A stretch of 64,000 bases of DNA from Candidatus Krumholzibacteriota bacterium (GCA_022711765.1 JAKLEB010000002.1:422368-486367), one strand, 5' to 3'; positions 39,706-50,518 are shown, counted from the stretch's first letter. Notes: generated from the sequence alone by a model not told the origin. Translations and numbers: made by a program.

Positions 39706-40512
39706 ATGGACGCGCGCGAACATTCGACAGTCGACCTGCGACTCGCGGATCCCGCCGCGTTTGCGGGCATCGCCGTGCAGGGTCTCAGCAAGAGTTTCGG
39801 CCCCAAGGTCGTGCTCGACCGCTGCGATCTGACGATCCGCAAGGGCGAGACCCTGGTCATCATCGGCCGCAGCGGCCAGGGCAAGTCCGTGCTGCTGAAG
39901 CTGATGGTCCGGCTCCTGGAGCCCGACGCCGGCCGGGTCTGGGTGGAAGGCCAGGAACTCACGGCGCTCGGGCGCCGGCCGCTCATGGAGCTGCGCAAGA
40001 ACTTCGGGATGCTGTTCCAGGGCGCGGCGCTGTTCGACTCGATGACCGTCGGCGAGAACGTCGGGTTGATCCTCCAGGAGCACCGGGACTGGAGCGAGGA
40101 GCGGATCCGCGCCCGCGCCCGCGAGTGCCTGGAGCTGGTCGGCCTGGTCGGGACCGACGACAAGCTGCCGAGCGCGCTGTCGGGGGGCATGAAGAAGCGG
40201 GCCGGCCTGGCGCGCGCCATCGTCATGCAGCCGCAGTACATCCTCTACGACGAGCCGACGACGGGGCTCGATCCCATCACCGCCGACGCGATCAACGACC
40301 TGATCATCAAGCTGCAACGGGAGCTGCGAGTCACCAGCATCGTCGTCACCCACGACATGCAGAGCGCCTACAAGGTCGCCGACCGCATGGTCATGCTCAA
40401 CGACGGGCGCATCATCTTCGACGGCACGGTGGACGAGGTCCGCGGGACGGACCACCCGGCCGTGCGGCAGTTCATCGAGGGCCGGGCCGAGGGGCCGCTG
40501 GGGGTCTTCTGA
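39706..40512 (+). CDS. mlaF: MlaF/Mkl ABC ATPase
   Basis: GRSGQGKS, FQGAALFDS, LSGGMKKR, LYDEPTTGLDP, VVTHD. Confidence 0.92.
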   Translation: MDAREHSTVDLRLADPAAFAGIAVQGLSKSFGPKVVLDRCDLTIRKGETLVIIGRSGQGKSVLLKLMVRLLEPDAGRVWVEGQELTALGRRPLMELRKNFGMLFQGAALFDSMTVGENVGLILQEHRDWSEERIRARARECLELVGLVGTDDKLPSALSGGMKKRAGLARAIVMQPQYILYDEPTTGLDPITADAINDLIIKLQRELRVTSIVVTHDMQSAYKVADRMVMLNDGRIIFDGTVDEVRGTDHPAVRQFIEGRAEGPLGVF

Positions 40513-40544
40513 CGGCGCGCGCGGGCGCGGACACGGAGAGAGGC

Positions 40545-41435
40545 ATGGACAGGGAACGCAAGCGCGAGATCCAGGTGGGCGTGATGGTCGTGGTCGCCGT
40601 GCTGGTCCTGATCGGGGGCCTGATGTTCTTCAAGCGGATCAGCCTGAGGTCCGACATGGTGTCCTACGCGGTGGACATCCCCGTCGTCGAGGGCCTGCGC
40701 AAGGGCGACCGCGTCCAGGTCCGCGGCATCCGGGTCGGCCAGGTCACGCGTTTCGAGATCATGCCCAACACGGTCCGCGTGTTCATCGAGGTCGAGGACT
40801 GGGTCGAGCTGCACAACGACGCCGTGGTGACCCTGGTCATGAAGGGCCTCGTGGGCGAGGTGCTCCTGGAGATCGAGCCGGGCGACGGCTCCCGGGTCGC
40901 GCCCGACTACGTCTTCACGGGCCGCAACACGGCGTCCATGATGGCCCTGGGCGACCGGGTCAACGAATCGCTCGGCCAGATGTCGGCGCTCAGCGAGGAG
41001 GTGCGCCTGTTCATCTCGGAGATGCGGGCGGAGGGCCAGCTCGTCGGCCCGCTCGCGGCCGCCGAGCGCACCTTCCTCGAGACCGAGGGCATGCTGAAGG
41101 AGAATCGCGAGGAGATCCGGCACCTGCTCCTGAACCTGAACACCCTGGTCCGCGCCCTCGAGGGCGCGCTGGGCGATGGGCAGCTCGACAGCCTCCTCGT
41201 CACCACCCGGCAGGCCGCGACCAGCCTCGACAGCACCATGGTCGAGCTGCGCGCGACGACCGGCCACGCGCGCACCCTGCTCGCCGGACTCGAGCGGGGC
41301 GAGGGCACCGTCGGGCGCCTCCTCAACGATCCCGGCCTCTACGACCGGGCGGACAGCACCCTCGATTCGCTCGATCGCCTGCTGGACCAGATGCGGCGCA
41401 ATCCGAAGTCGATGTTCAAGGTCTCGGTGTTCTGA
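40545..41435 (+). CDS. mlaD: MlaD/MCE family protein with helical C-terminus
   Basis: N-terminal TM, EGLRKGDRVQVRGIRVGQV, GTVGRLLNDPGLY. Confidence 0.88.
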   Translation: MDRERKREIQVGVMVVVAVLVLIGGLMFFKRISLRSDMVSYAVDIPVVEGLRKGDRVQVRGIRVGQVTRFEIMPNTVRVFIEVEDWVELHNDAVVTLVMKGLVGEVLLEIEPGDGSRVAPDYVFTGRNTASMMALGDRVNESLGQMSALSEEVRLFISEMRAEGQLVGPLAAAERTFLETEGMLKENREEIRHLLLNLNTLVRALEGALGDGQLDSLLVTTRQAATSLDSTMVELRATTGHARTLLAGLERGEGTVGRLLNDPGLYDRADSTLDSLDRLLDQMRRNPKSMFKVSVF

Positions 41436-41507
41436 CCGGCGGCGAATCCCGGCGGCCCTTCCCGGGTACCTCGCGCGTTCGCCCCCGCAACACCGGAGGT
41501 TCTCGCC

Positions 41508-42191
41508 ATGACCGATCCCGCGCTGCGACTGCCGGAGGAGATCCTGCTCTTGGCCCTCGACGACGCGAAGGGCACCATCGAGTTCGGGAGCCTGTGGCAG
41601 CACGCCGCCGGCGGCGCCATCGTCGCCGAGCTCCTGCTCGGCGGCCGCCTGCGTACGAGCGACCACAAGCGACCCCGGCTCGAGGTCGTCGACGCGACGC
41701 CGCTCGGCGACCCGGTCCTCGACGACGCGCTGCGCGAGATCGGCGCCGCCCGCAAGCCGAAAGCAGGCGCCGACTGGGTCAGCAAGCTGGGCGGCCGCCG
41801 CGACCTGAAGGAGCGCCTCACGGCCGGCCTCGTCGTGCGCGGCGTGCTCGCCGAGCGCGAGGGCAAGGTGCTGGGAGTCTTCCCCCGGACGCAGTATCCC
41901 GCGCGCGACGGCCGGCCGGAAACGGAGGTCGTGGCGCGGCTCGAGCGGGCCATCTTCACCGAAACGCGCGAACTCGCCCCGCGCACGGTCGTGCTGGTGG
42001 CGCTCGCGAACGCCGCCGGCCTCTTGCCGAACGTCTTCGCGAAGCGGCGGCTCAAGGACCGCAAGGAACGCCTCCAGCGGATCACCACCAGCGACGCGGC
42101 CGGCGCCATGACCCGCGAGGCCATCGAGGCGATGCAGGCCGCCCTCGCGGTCGCCGCCATCATACCGGTCTTCTTCGTGACCACGACCTGA
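41508..42191 (+). CDS. GPP34 (GOLPH3/Vps74-like) family protein
   Basis: LRLPEEILLLALDD, GGAIVAELLLGGRL, LGDPVLDDAL, GKVLGVFPRTQYP. Confidence 0.8.
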   Translation: MTDPALRLPEEILLLALDDAKGTIEFGSLWQHAAGGAIVAELLLGGRLRTSDHKRPRLEVVDATPLGDPVLDDALREIGAARKPKAGADWVSKLGGRRDLKERLTAGLVVRGVLAEREGKVLGVFPRTQYPARDGRPETEVVARLERAIFTETRELAPRTVVLVALANAAGLLPNVFAKRRLKDRKERLQRITTSDAAGAMTREAIEAMQAALAVAAIIPVFFVTTT

Positions 42192-42284
42192 CGCTGGCGC
42201 CGCCGCGCCGCCGCCGTATCTTGATCCCCACCACGACCGGCGACCGCCGCGCCCTTGCGGCGGTCGCTTCGCCGAGAGGGACCG

Positions 42285-43424
42285 ATGCGCCGACTCCGCC
42301 TGCTTTTGACCTGGCTCGCGCTCGTCCCGCTCGCCGGCACGACCGCGCCCGCCCGAGCCCAGACGCCGGAACCCAGCGAGGCCATGCGCGCGGTGCCGGC
42401 CGATTCGGCCGCCGACGTCGCCGAGACGCCGCCGCGCAGCGGTTGGTACTACGTGCTGCCGGTCGTCGCCTATTCGCCGGAGACGAAGTTCGCGTTCGGG
42501 GCGACCGCGGCGCGCTACTACCGCTTGAGCGACGAGCCTGACGCGCGGCCGACCACCATCTCGCCGCTCGCGATGGTGACGACCAACAGCCAGATCATAC
42601 TCGGCCTGTTCGGCGACCTGTGGTGGTCGGACGATCGCTGGCACCTCGCCACGAACCTGAGCTTCAGCAAGTACCCGACGCAATTCTACGGGATCGGCGA
42701 CGACACGCCGGCGTCCGCGGAGGAGGACTACACGCCGCGCACGGCCGAGCTGTTCGTGGATGTCTCGCGCGCGCTGTCGGGCGCGTTCTACCTGGGCGCG
42801 ATCGTGAATGCCAAGCACACGACCCTTCGGGACCTCGCGGATGGCGGCCTGCTCGCCGCGGGCGGCATCGCCGGCGCGGAAGGTGGCGCCCTCGTCGGCG
42901 CCGGCATCTCGGCCGCCTGGGACACGCGCGACGCCGTGCACTACCCGACCCGGGGCTGGTACCACCGCCTGGCCTGCGTCCGTTATCTGGACGGTCTCGG
43001 CAGCGACTTCACCTACACGGCGGTCGACCTGACGCTCACTCGCTACTGGTCGCTGGGCGGGGCCCGCGTCCTCGCCCTGAACCTCGCCGGAGCGTCGCTC
43101 GCCGGCGACCCCGTGCCGTTCTACGAGCTGAGCCGGCTCCGACTGCGCGGCTACTTCGAGGAACGCTACCTCGAGCGCCACGCCGTGCGGGCCCAGCTCG
43201 AGTTCCGGACCCCGGTCTGGCGCCGCCTCGGCGCCGCGGTCTTCGTGGGCGCCGGTGAGCTTGCCGCGCGCCTCGACCGGCTGCGCCTGGATGAGGTCTA
43301 CCCGGCGGCCGGCTGCGGCGTCCGCTACAACCTGGGGGGCGAGCAGCGGGCCAACCTGCGCCTCGACGTCGGGTTCGGCGACGGGGATAGCGGCGTCTAC
43401 GTCCGTTTCGCGGAGGCGTTCTAG
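42285..43424 (+). CDS. Omp85/TamA-type outer-membrane barrel (no obvious POTRA domains)
   Basis: Signal peptide, WDTRDAVHYPTRG, LRGYFEERY, NLRLDVGFG, C-terminal FAEAF. Confidence 0.8.
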   Translation: MRRLRLLLTWLALVPLAGTTAPARAQTPEPSEAMRAVPADSAADVAETPPRSGWYYVLPVVAYSPETKFAFGATAARYYRLSDEPDARPTTISPLAMVTTNSQIILGLFGDLWWSDDRWHLATNLSFSKYPTQFYGIGDDTPASAEEDYTPRTAELFVDVSRALSGAFYLGAIVNAKHTTLRDLADGGLLAAGGIAGAEGGALVGAGISAAWDTRDAVHYPTRGWYHRLACVRYLDGLGSDFTYTAVDLTLTRYWSLGGARVLALNLAGASLAGDPVPFYELSRLRLRGYFEERYLERHAVRAQLEFRTPVWRRLGAAVFVGAGELAARLDRLRLDEVYPAAGCGVRYNLGGEQRANLRLDVGFGDGDSGVYVRFAEAF

Positions 43425-43769
43425 CCGGGGTATGCGCGGGTTCCGAGCGGTCAGCGCCAACGGAGCGGTCCGACGTCGCTCATCCACAAACGGAATTGCA
43501 GCAGCACAGCACGCACATTCGCATTTGCGCACCACCGGATGACAGGTGGCGCGTCAATCGGTCGTCGGAGCCCACCGTCCGACTCTCCGAACGATAGGGC
43601 GAGGCGCGGCCGACCTCGAGTACGACGATGACCGCGGATTCGACCACTCAACTGCAACTCCGCGCCGGCTCCCCCGCCTCCCGCTGAACAGATCCTCCCG
43701 CTGCGGCCGCAGGCGTGATATCATCAGACTGCTATAGGACTTCGAGGTCGAATAGGGGAGAGAATTCCC

Positions 43770-44951
43770 GTGATTGCCAGGTTGACCGCGGTGCTGGTGG
43801 GGGTGCTGTCGATAGCGGCGGCCCCGACAGCCGCGCGGACATGGCACGTGGAAAAGGACGGTTCCGGGGACTACACGGTTATCTACGAGGCAGTGGACGC
43901 CGCCGCCGCCGGGGACACGATCCTGATTGGACCGGGGAGATTCGAAGAATACCGTCTCGAACCGGATTATGCCTCTGAGACCTACTGCTGTGTGCACGTT
44001 ACGACGTCCGATCTAACGCTCATCGGTAGTGGTGCGGAGGCAACCACGATCGGGCTGGATTACTTCGACCCGCATTACGAATACTACGTAATAGGAATCT
44101 CCAGTCTTGAGGTAGACGTCAATATTGAGAATTTAGCGGTGAATGGTGTCTTCGAGGGAGTCCATTTCGAAGGATCGAATTTGTATGTCCAGCATTGCGA
44201 CTTTGTCGATTGCGACGGCGGTGTCGTTACGTGGAGTGTTTCGGAGACCACAGTCAATCGGTGCCGCTTTATCGGCACTGTACATAATGGACTCTTTGGT
44301 GCCCACGCTAACGGAGTATCGGTTTCTGAGTGCGAATTTACGAATGTATCCAGGTATGCAATAACGGGCGTTGGAGGAGTAGGATGGGTAGTCCGCGATA
44401 CACAGTTCCACGACGGTAGCGGGGGCATACAGTTTGAGCAAGGAGCCACGGGGATTGTTGAAAGATGCTGCGTTCGAGTTGCCGGGGGGAATCCGCCGGC
44501 GATCGGCCTTCTCGATGGAACGTGTTTTGTTCTTCACGATAACGAATTTCAAGGTGAAACGTGGGCGGCAGGTTTTGCCACGGGCGGAACAACAGTTACG
44601 GCAAGAAACAACGTCTTCATTGGCGGAACGGGCACGACAATAGAGATCAACCGTACGCCGATGGACTTCCACCAGAACGACATCATCAACGGCGGCGGTC
44701 TGTCGGTCATCGCGAAATGGGAACGGGGATCCCTCGACGTACCCTACGATCTCGACCTCACTGGTAACTACTGGGGGACGGATAACCCAGCTCAGATCTC
44801 GGAGTGGATTGAGGATTACGGTGACCACGGCCCTATGGAGCTCTGGTGGTACGTGACAGTGCGCTACGATCCGTACGCGAGCGAATCAACCCCTGTCGAG
44901 TCTCACACGTGGACCGAGGTGAAGCAGATGTTCAGGCCGTCCGGGAGGTAG
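43770..44951 (+). CDS. Secreted right-handed parallel beta-helix protein with C-terminal TPVESHTWTEVKQMFR motif
   Basis: Signal peptide, WHVEKDGSGDYTVIYEAVDAAAAGDTILIGPG, beta-helix repeats, DLTGNYWGT; low-GC core. Confidence 0.8.
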   Translation: MIARLTAVLVGVLSIAAAPTAARTWHVEKDGSGDYTVIYEAVDAAAAGDTILIGPGRFEEYRLEPDYASETYCCVHVTTSDLTLIGSGAEATTIGLDYFDPHYEYYVIGISSLEVDVNIENLAVNGVFEGVHFEGSNLYVQHCDFVDCDGGVVTWSVSETTVNRCRFIGTVHNGLFGAHANGVSVSECEFTNVSRYAITGVGGVGWVVRDTQFHDGSGGIQFEQGATGIVERCCVRVAGGNPPAIGLLDGTCFVLHDNEFQGETWAAGFATGGTTVTARNNVFIGGTGTTIEINRTPMDFHQNDIINGGGLSVIAKWERGSLDVPYDLDLTGNYWGTDNPAQISEWIEDYGDHGPMELWWYVTVRYDPYASESTPVESHTWTEVKQMFRPSGR

Positions 44952-45196
44952 GGCGGGGCGCGGCCAACGTCTCCTTCCCTTCCATAGAGCGGGCTGTCAA
45001 GACGCCCGCGATACCGGCTTGATACCAGCTTCCGCGCCGCGATCGCCAGCCGCGCTTTGCGCGCGCGGTAGCTTTGCTGCACGCGCCCCCGACAAGCGGC
45101 TTGGACCATGCCCGGCATTGTGTTTTCGTCCGCGACCGCTATCATTCCCGTTCCAGCGATTCCACCGCCGCGACCCGGCCTCTGCGAGGAAGAGCC

Positions 45197-47614
45197 ATGG
45201 CCTACGACCCCTCCGCCATCGAGCCCCGGTGGCAACGCTACTGGGACGAGCACGGGACGTTCCGCACGCCCGACTCGAGCGATCGGCCCAAGTACTACGT
45301 CCTCGACATGTTCCCCTATCCGTCGGGACAGGGCCTACACGTCGGCCATCCCGAAGGGTACACGGCGACCGACATCCTGGCGCGCTACAAGCGGATGCGC
45401 GGCTTCAACGTGCTGCACCCGATGGGTTGGGACGCTTTCGGCCTGCCGGCGGAGAACTACGCGGTGCGCACGGGAACCCACCCGGCGATCACCACGCGGC
45501 GGAACATCGAGACCTTCAAGCGCCAGCTCAAGATGTTCGGGTTCAGCTACGACTGGGAGCGCGAGATCGCGACGACCCATCCCGAGTACTACCGCTGGAC
45601 CCAGTGGATCTTTACCCTGCTCTACCGCCAGGGGCTGGCGTACGAGGCGGAGGTTCCGGTGAACTGGTGCCCGGAACTGGGCACCGTCCTCGCCAACGAG
45701 GAGGTCACCGACGGCAAGAGCGAGATCGGCGGCCACCCGGTGATCCGCAAGCCGATGAAGCAGTGGATGCTGCGGATCACCGCCTACGCCGAGCGCCTCC
45801 TTGCCGACCTCGAGGGCCTCGACTGGCCCGAATCGATCAAGGACCTCCAGCGCAACTGGATCGGCCGCAGCGAGGGCGCCGAGGTCGACTTCCCCGTCGT
45901 CGGCTCCGGGCGCAAGCTGCGGATCTTCACGACCCGGCCGGACACCATGTTCGGGGCGACCTACATGGTGATCAGCCCCGAGCACCCCTGGGTCGACGAG
46001 CTCGCGACGGCCGGCGCCCGCCAGTCCGTCGCGGCCTACCGGGCCGAATCCGCCGCCAAGAGCGACCGCGATCGCCAGACCGCGAAGGAGAAGACCGGCG
46101 TCTTCACCGGTACCTACTGCCGCAACCCGGCCAACGGCCAGCGGATCCCGATCTGGGTCGCCGACTACGTGATGATGGGCTACGGAACCGGCGCGATCAT
46201 GGCGGTGCCCGGGCAGGACGAGCGCGACTGGGAGTTCGCCGAGGTCCACGGCCTGCCGATCGTGCGGACGGTGCAGCCGCCCACCGACTTCACGGGCAAG
46301 GCCTACGTCGGCGACGGTCCCGCGATCAACAGCGGCTTCCTCGACGGCCTCGGCGTCGCCGAGGCCAAGGAGCGGATGACCGCCTGGGTCGAGGCGCAGG
46401 GCGTCGGCGAGCGCAAGATCAACTACAAGCTGCGCGACTGGCTGTTCAGCCGGCAGCGCTACTGGGGCGAACCGTTCCCGCTCTTGAAGCTGGCGGACGG
46501 CACCGTCCGCGTGCTCGAGCCGGACGAGCTGCCGCTCATGCTCCCGCAGGTCGACACCTACAAGCCGGCGGGCACCGGCGAGGGTCCGCTGGCGACGATC
46601 GCGGACTGGATCCACACGACCGATCCGGTGACCGGCCAGACGGCCTCGCGCGAGAGCAACACGATGCCGCAGTGGGCCGGGTCGTGCTGGTACTACCTGC
46701 GCTTCGTCGATCCGCGCAACCGGCAGCGGGCCTGGGACCCGGACAGGGAACGCTACTGGTTGCCGGTCGACCTCTACCTCGGCGGCACCGAGCACGCGGT
46801 CCTGCACCTGCTCTACGCGCGTTTCTGGCACAAGGTCCTCTACGATCTCGGCCTCGTGTCGACGAACGAGCCGTTCCAGTGCCTGCGCAACCAGGGCATG
46901 ATCCTCGGCGAGAACGGGGAGAAGATGTCCAAGAGCCGCGGCAACGTCGTGAATCCGGACGACGTCATCGCGGACCACGGCGCCGACGCGCTGCGCATGT
47001 TCCTGATGTTCCTGGGACCCCTGGACCGCGACAAGCCGTGGAACCCGCGCGGCATCGAGGGCCTGCACCGGTTCCTGGACCGGGTCTGGCGGCTGTTCTG
47101 CGACGAGGGCGAGACCCTCTCGGCGCGGGTGCAGGACGTTGCGCCCGACGACGCGTCGCTGCGCGCCCTCCATCGCTGCATCGCCGACGTCACGGAGCGG
47201 ACCGAGAAGCTGAACTTCAACACCGCGATCAGCGCGATGATGATCCTCGTCAACGAGCTGACCCAGCGCGACGCGCGGCCGCGCGCCGTGCTCGAGCCGT
47301 GCGTGTTGCTGCTGGCACCCTACGCGCCGCACCTGGCCGAGGAGCTGTGGCGCCTGCTGGGCCACGGCGAGTCCCTGGCCTATGCGCCGTGGCCCCGGAG
47401 CGACGAGCGGTACCTCGTCCAGGCGACCGTGACCTACGTGGTCCAGATCAACGGCAAGGTCCGCGAGCGGCTCGAGGCGCCCGCCGACGCGGGCGAGGAC
47501 GAGGTGCGCGCGCTGGCCCTCGCGAGCGAGCGGGTCCAGAAGTGGCTCGAGGGCAAGCAGGTCCGCAAGACGGTCTTCGTGCCGGGCAAGCTCGTGGGGC
47601 TCGTGGTCGGCTGA
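45197..47614 (+). CDS. leuS: Leucyl-tRNA synthetase
   Basis: [45 protein letters not shown]. Confidence 0.98.
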   Translation: MAYDPSAIEPRWQRYWDEHGTFRTPDSSDRPKYYVLDMFPYPSGQGLHVGHPEGYTATDILARYKRMRGFNVLHPMGWDAFGLPAENYAVRTGTHPAITTRRNIETFKRQLKMFGFSYDWEREIATTHPEYYRWTQWIFTLLYRQGLAYEAEVPVNWCPELGTVLANEEVTDGKSEIGGHPVIRKPMKQWMLRITAYAERLLADLEGLDWPESIKDLQRNWIGRSEGAEVDFPVVGSGRKLRIFTTRPDTMFGATYMVISPEHPWVDELATAGARQSVAAYRAESAAKSDRDRQTAKEKTGVFTGTYCRNPANGQRIPIWVADYVMMGYGTGAIMAVPGQDERDWEFAEVHGLPIVRTVQPPTDFTGKAYVGDGPAINSGFLDGLGVAEAKERMTAWVEAQGVGERKINYKLRDWLFSRQRYWGEPFPLLKLADGTVRVLEPDELPLMLPQVDTYKPAGTGEGPLATIADWIHTTDPVTGQTASRESNTMPQWAGSCWYYLRFVDPRNRQRAWDPDRERYWLPVDLYLGGTEHAVLHLLYARFWHKVLYDLGLVSTNEPFQCLRNQGMILGENGEKMSKSRGNVVNPDDVIADHGADALRMFLMFLGPLDRDKPWNPRGIEGLHRFLDRVWRLFCDEGETLSARVQDVAPDDASLRALHRCIADVTERTEKLNFNTAISAMMILVNELTQRDARPRAVLEPCVLLLAPYAPHLAEELWRLLGHGESLAYAPWPRSDERYLVQATVTYVVQINGKVRERLEAPADAGEDEVRALALASERVQKWLEGKQVRKTVFVPGKLVGLVVG

Positions 47615-47625
47615 GACCGCTCGAG

Positions 47626-49113
47626 CTAGACCGGGATCGCCGGCTCGAGCGCGGCCAGCCCGGCCGCCAGGACCACCTCCTTGATCATGCGCGCGTGCTC
47701 GGCGGGGTCCGCCCACCGGCGGCGGCCCTCGGCGGGCAGCCGGTCCAGCGGGTCGAAGTAGACGTAGTAGCGCCCGGGGTCGACGCTCGGGCTGCGGTAG
47801 ACGCTGATGCCCGTCGTCTCGTCGTAGCGCTCGTAGCTGTGCAGGTCCCGCTTGCCGCCGCCGCCAGGGGCGTCCATCACGAAGGTCGGCGTGTTGAAGC
47901 CGGCCGTCGCGCCGCGGACCCAGCGTTCCAGCTCGATCGACTCGGCGAGGCTCGTGCGCAGCTCCTCCACTCCCTTGACCATGTCGTGCTGGTAGACGTA
48001 GTACGGCTGCACGTTGATTGCGGACAGCCGGCGCACGAGGTGGATCATACGCCGCGCGTCGTCGTTGACGCCGCGGATCAGCACGGTCTGGTTGCGGACC
48101 TTCACGCCCCGGCTGAACAGCAGGTTCATCGCCTGCCGCGTGATGAAGGTCATCTCCTCGGGCGAGTTGACGTGCGTGTGCAGGCAGACCTCCTGGCCGT
48201 GCGCGCGGCCGTGGTCCACGGCGTCGCACAGCGCGTCGGTCCACGCGCGGTCGCGCAGGATCTTCATCGGCATGACCGCCGGACCCTTGCTCGCCACCCG
48301 GACGCGCCGGACGTGGGGGATCGCCAAAAGCGCCATCAGCAGCTCGCTCAGCATCCGGGCGGGCAGCATGAAGGCGTCGCCTCCGGAGAGGACGACGTCC
48401 TCGATCTCCGGCCGCGAGGCCACGTACGCCAGGCCGGCCTGCCACCGGCTCGGCTGCGGTTTGAAGCCCTGTTTGCGCACGGTGGACGTGCTGCCGCCGA
48501 TCGCATAGCTGCGGGTGCAGAACCGGCAGTAGACCGGGCAGACGTCCAGCGCCAGGAAGAGGGCCTTGTCGGGGTACCGGTGCACGAGTCCCGGGGTCGG
48601 CGAGTCCGCCTGCTCGTGAAGCGAGTCGAAGGCGAGCCGCGGGTGGTCCGGCACGCGCGTCGACGCCGTCGGCAGGAACTGCCGGCGGACTGGGTCCCCG
48701 TAGGGCTCGCGCCAGTCGATCCGCGAGAGAACGTACGGCGACAGCCGCATGTTCATCGGCGCCTCGCGGAGACCGGCCTCCACGTCGTCGAGGAACGCCT
48801 CGGCGACGAGGGAGCCCACCGCCTCGCGCAGGCCCGCGGCGCTCGTGACGGTGTGCCGGTTCTGGAAGGCGGGATCGAGGAACGTGTCGAGGTCGATCGA
48901 GGCGAACCGGGGGATCCGTTGCCAGAACGGGTCCTCCGGGAAGTCGCGGTGGCCGAGGTCCGCCACGGCGACGGCCGGCTTGAGCGCCGGGGGGATTGCG
49001 AGGTCGAGCAGGGCTGACGAAGGAGGCTCCTCCGCCGCGGCGGACGGGACATCGGCGACGCTCTGGGCGCCGCCGCCAGCGGGATTCGCGGCACGCTGGG
49101 TCCGTGGCTTCAT
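47626..49113 (-). CDS. kamA: KamA-family radical SAM/PLP 2,3-aminomutase
   Basis: GLVHRYPDKALF, CPVYCRFC, DVVLSGGD, NQTVLIRGVND, QPYYVYQHD, DAPGGGGK (PLP lysine). Confidence 0.88.
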   Translation of the reverse strand: MKPRTQRAANPAGGGAQSVADVPSAAAEEPPSSALLDLAIPPALKPAVAVADLGHRDFPEDPFWQRIPRFASIDLDTFLDPAFQNRHTVTSAAGLREAVGSLVAEAFLDDVEAGLREAPMNMRLSPYVLSRIDWREPYGDPVRRQFLPTASTRVPDHPRLAFDSLHEQADSPTPGLVHRYPDKALFLALDVCPVYCRFCTRSYAIGGSTSTVRKQGFKPQPSRWQAGLAYVASRPEIEDVVLSGGDAFMLPARMLSELLMALLAIPHVRRVRVASKGPAVMPMKILRDRAWTDALCDAVDHGRAHGQEVCLHTHVNSPEEMTFITRQAMNLLFSRGVKVRNQTVLIRGVNDDARRMIHLVRRLSAINVQPYYVYQHDMVKGVEELRTSLAESIELERWVRGATAGFNTPTFVMDAPGGGGKRDLHSYERYDETTGISVYRSPSVDPGRYYVYFDPLDRLPAEGRRRWADPAEHARMIKEVVLAAGLAALEPAIPV

Positions 49114-49297
49114 CGTCTGACTCCTTCCGGTTGGACACCGATGGCGCGCAACGTCGCGCCAGAGATATACGAACTCGGACTAAATTGGTAGTAATAAATT
49201 GCCTCCGGCCCGAACTTTTTTCGGCCCGGGGTGGACGCCGCCGGCGGGTCCGCCGACCATGGACGCGGCGGCGCGCGGGCGCCGCCGGAAGGATGGG

Positions 49298-50518
49298 ATG
49301 ATGCGCTCGCCATCGGTCCGCGCCATCGCGCTCGCCGCGTGCCTGGCGGCCGGCGTCCCCGTCCGCTGGGTGGCCCAGGCCGCCGAACCGGCCTGGCCCT
49401 ACGAGGACGGCTTCACCGAGGACCTGCTGCACGTCCATCCCGAGGTGAACTACGCGCTGCACCCCGACTGGCTCGCCGCCTGGGAACGGGACCGGCTCGG
49501 GACCGGCGCCTTCCGCGGCGCCTTCGGCAGCACCGCGACCGACGAGCTGCTCGTGGATGCCCAGTGGGCGCTCGATCCCGAGCTCGCGCCGGGCTTGCGG
49601 TTCCGCAGCGACCTCCTCTGGCAGGAGCAGCGCCACCTGCCGACGGAGCGGCGCGACCTCTGGCTGGGATTCGAGCAGCGCGCCTGCCGGTCCATCGGCG
49701 TGGTCGTCCAGGTGGCTCCCGCCGAGGACAAGGAGACCATCGACCTGCGGCTGGGCGGACTGTGGACGGCCGCCGACCGCACCAGCTACGTGCAGGTCCT
49801 GTACGTCCTGGAGGACCTGGTCCACGACGAGAAGGACGAACGCCGCGGCGAGACCCTCGCCGCGCCGCGGGGGGTCGACTGGCTCCTGCGGCTCGCCCGC
49901 GGACCATGGTCCCTGTTCAGCCAGGGGCACTGGGTGCGCGCCTTCGCCCGCACGTACCCGGATCCGGTCCGCTCGCCCGACCTCGCGGCCCACGACCGCG
50001 CCGCGAACGATCTCGCCGTGCGGGCGCGCTGGCAGCCGAACGCGCGCGCGCAGCTGGAACTCGCCTGGCGCCAGGTCGAGGACGCCGAGGCGCGTGCCTA
50101 CCGGGGAGCCGACTCGGTCCACGACCACGACTACGGCGGCTGGTATCGCGTGGCGTCCGCCCGCGGCGTGATGCCGCTCGGCGGGCGCTGGCGCCTGCGC
50201 GCCGAGCTGCACGATCTCCGCCGCCGGGCGACGGCGTCCGGCTGGCGCGCCTTCGCCTACCGCCGCACCGAGATCATGCCCGCGGTCCGCGCCGAGTGGC
50301 ACTGGGGCGGCCGCCACTGGATCGAGGTCGGCTACCTCGGCACGCGCTACCGCTGGCGGTACGACGGCGAGGACGAACGGTCGGGTTTCGCGGACAAGGT
50401 CGAGATGGCCGTGGTCTGCGGCCTGCGCGGCGAGTCGGTGCTCGAGGTCTCCCTGAGCCACGAGGTCTCGCTCGACCGGTTCGGCGGCGGGAGCGTGCGC
50501 ATGGTCACGAGATTCTGA
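49298..50518 (+). CDS. Hypothetical outer-membrane beta-barrel protein
   Basis: Signal peptide, amphipathic Trp/Tyr-rich strands, C-terminal VRMVTRF. Confidence 0.6.
   Translation: MMRSPSVRAIALAACLAAGVPVRWVAQAAEPAWPYEDGFTEDLLHVHPEVNYALHPDWLAAWERDRLGTGAFRGAFGSTATDELLVDAQWALDPELAPGLRFRSDLLWQEQRHLPTERRDLWLGFEQRACRSIGVVVQVAPAEDKETIDLRLGGLWTAADRTSYVQVLYVLEDLVHDEKDERRGETLAAPRGVDWLLRLARGPWSLFSQGHWVRAFARTYPDPVRSPDLAAHDRAANDLAVRARWQPNARAQLELAWRQVEDAEARAYRGADSVHDHDYGGWYRVASARGVMPLGGRWRLRAELHDLRRRATASGWRAFAYRRTEIMPAVRAEWHWGGRHWIEVGYLGTRYRWRYDGEDERSGFADKVEMAVVCGLRGESVLEVSLSHEVSLDRFGGGSVRMVTRF

Noticed and set aside
43425-43769. Possible integron attC or att site flanking the low-GC gene
   Set aside because: No RYYYAAC/GTTRRRY pair with a long inverted repeat, no flanking direct repeat and no integrase
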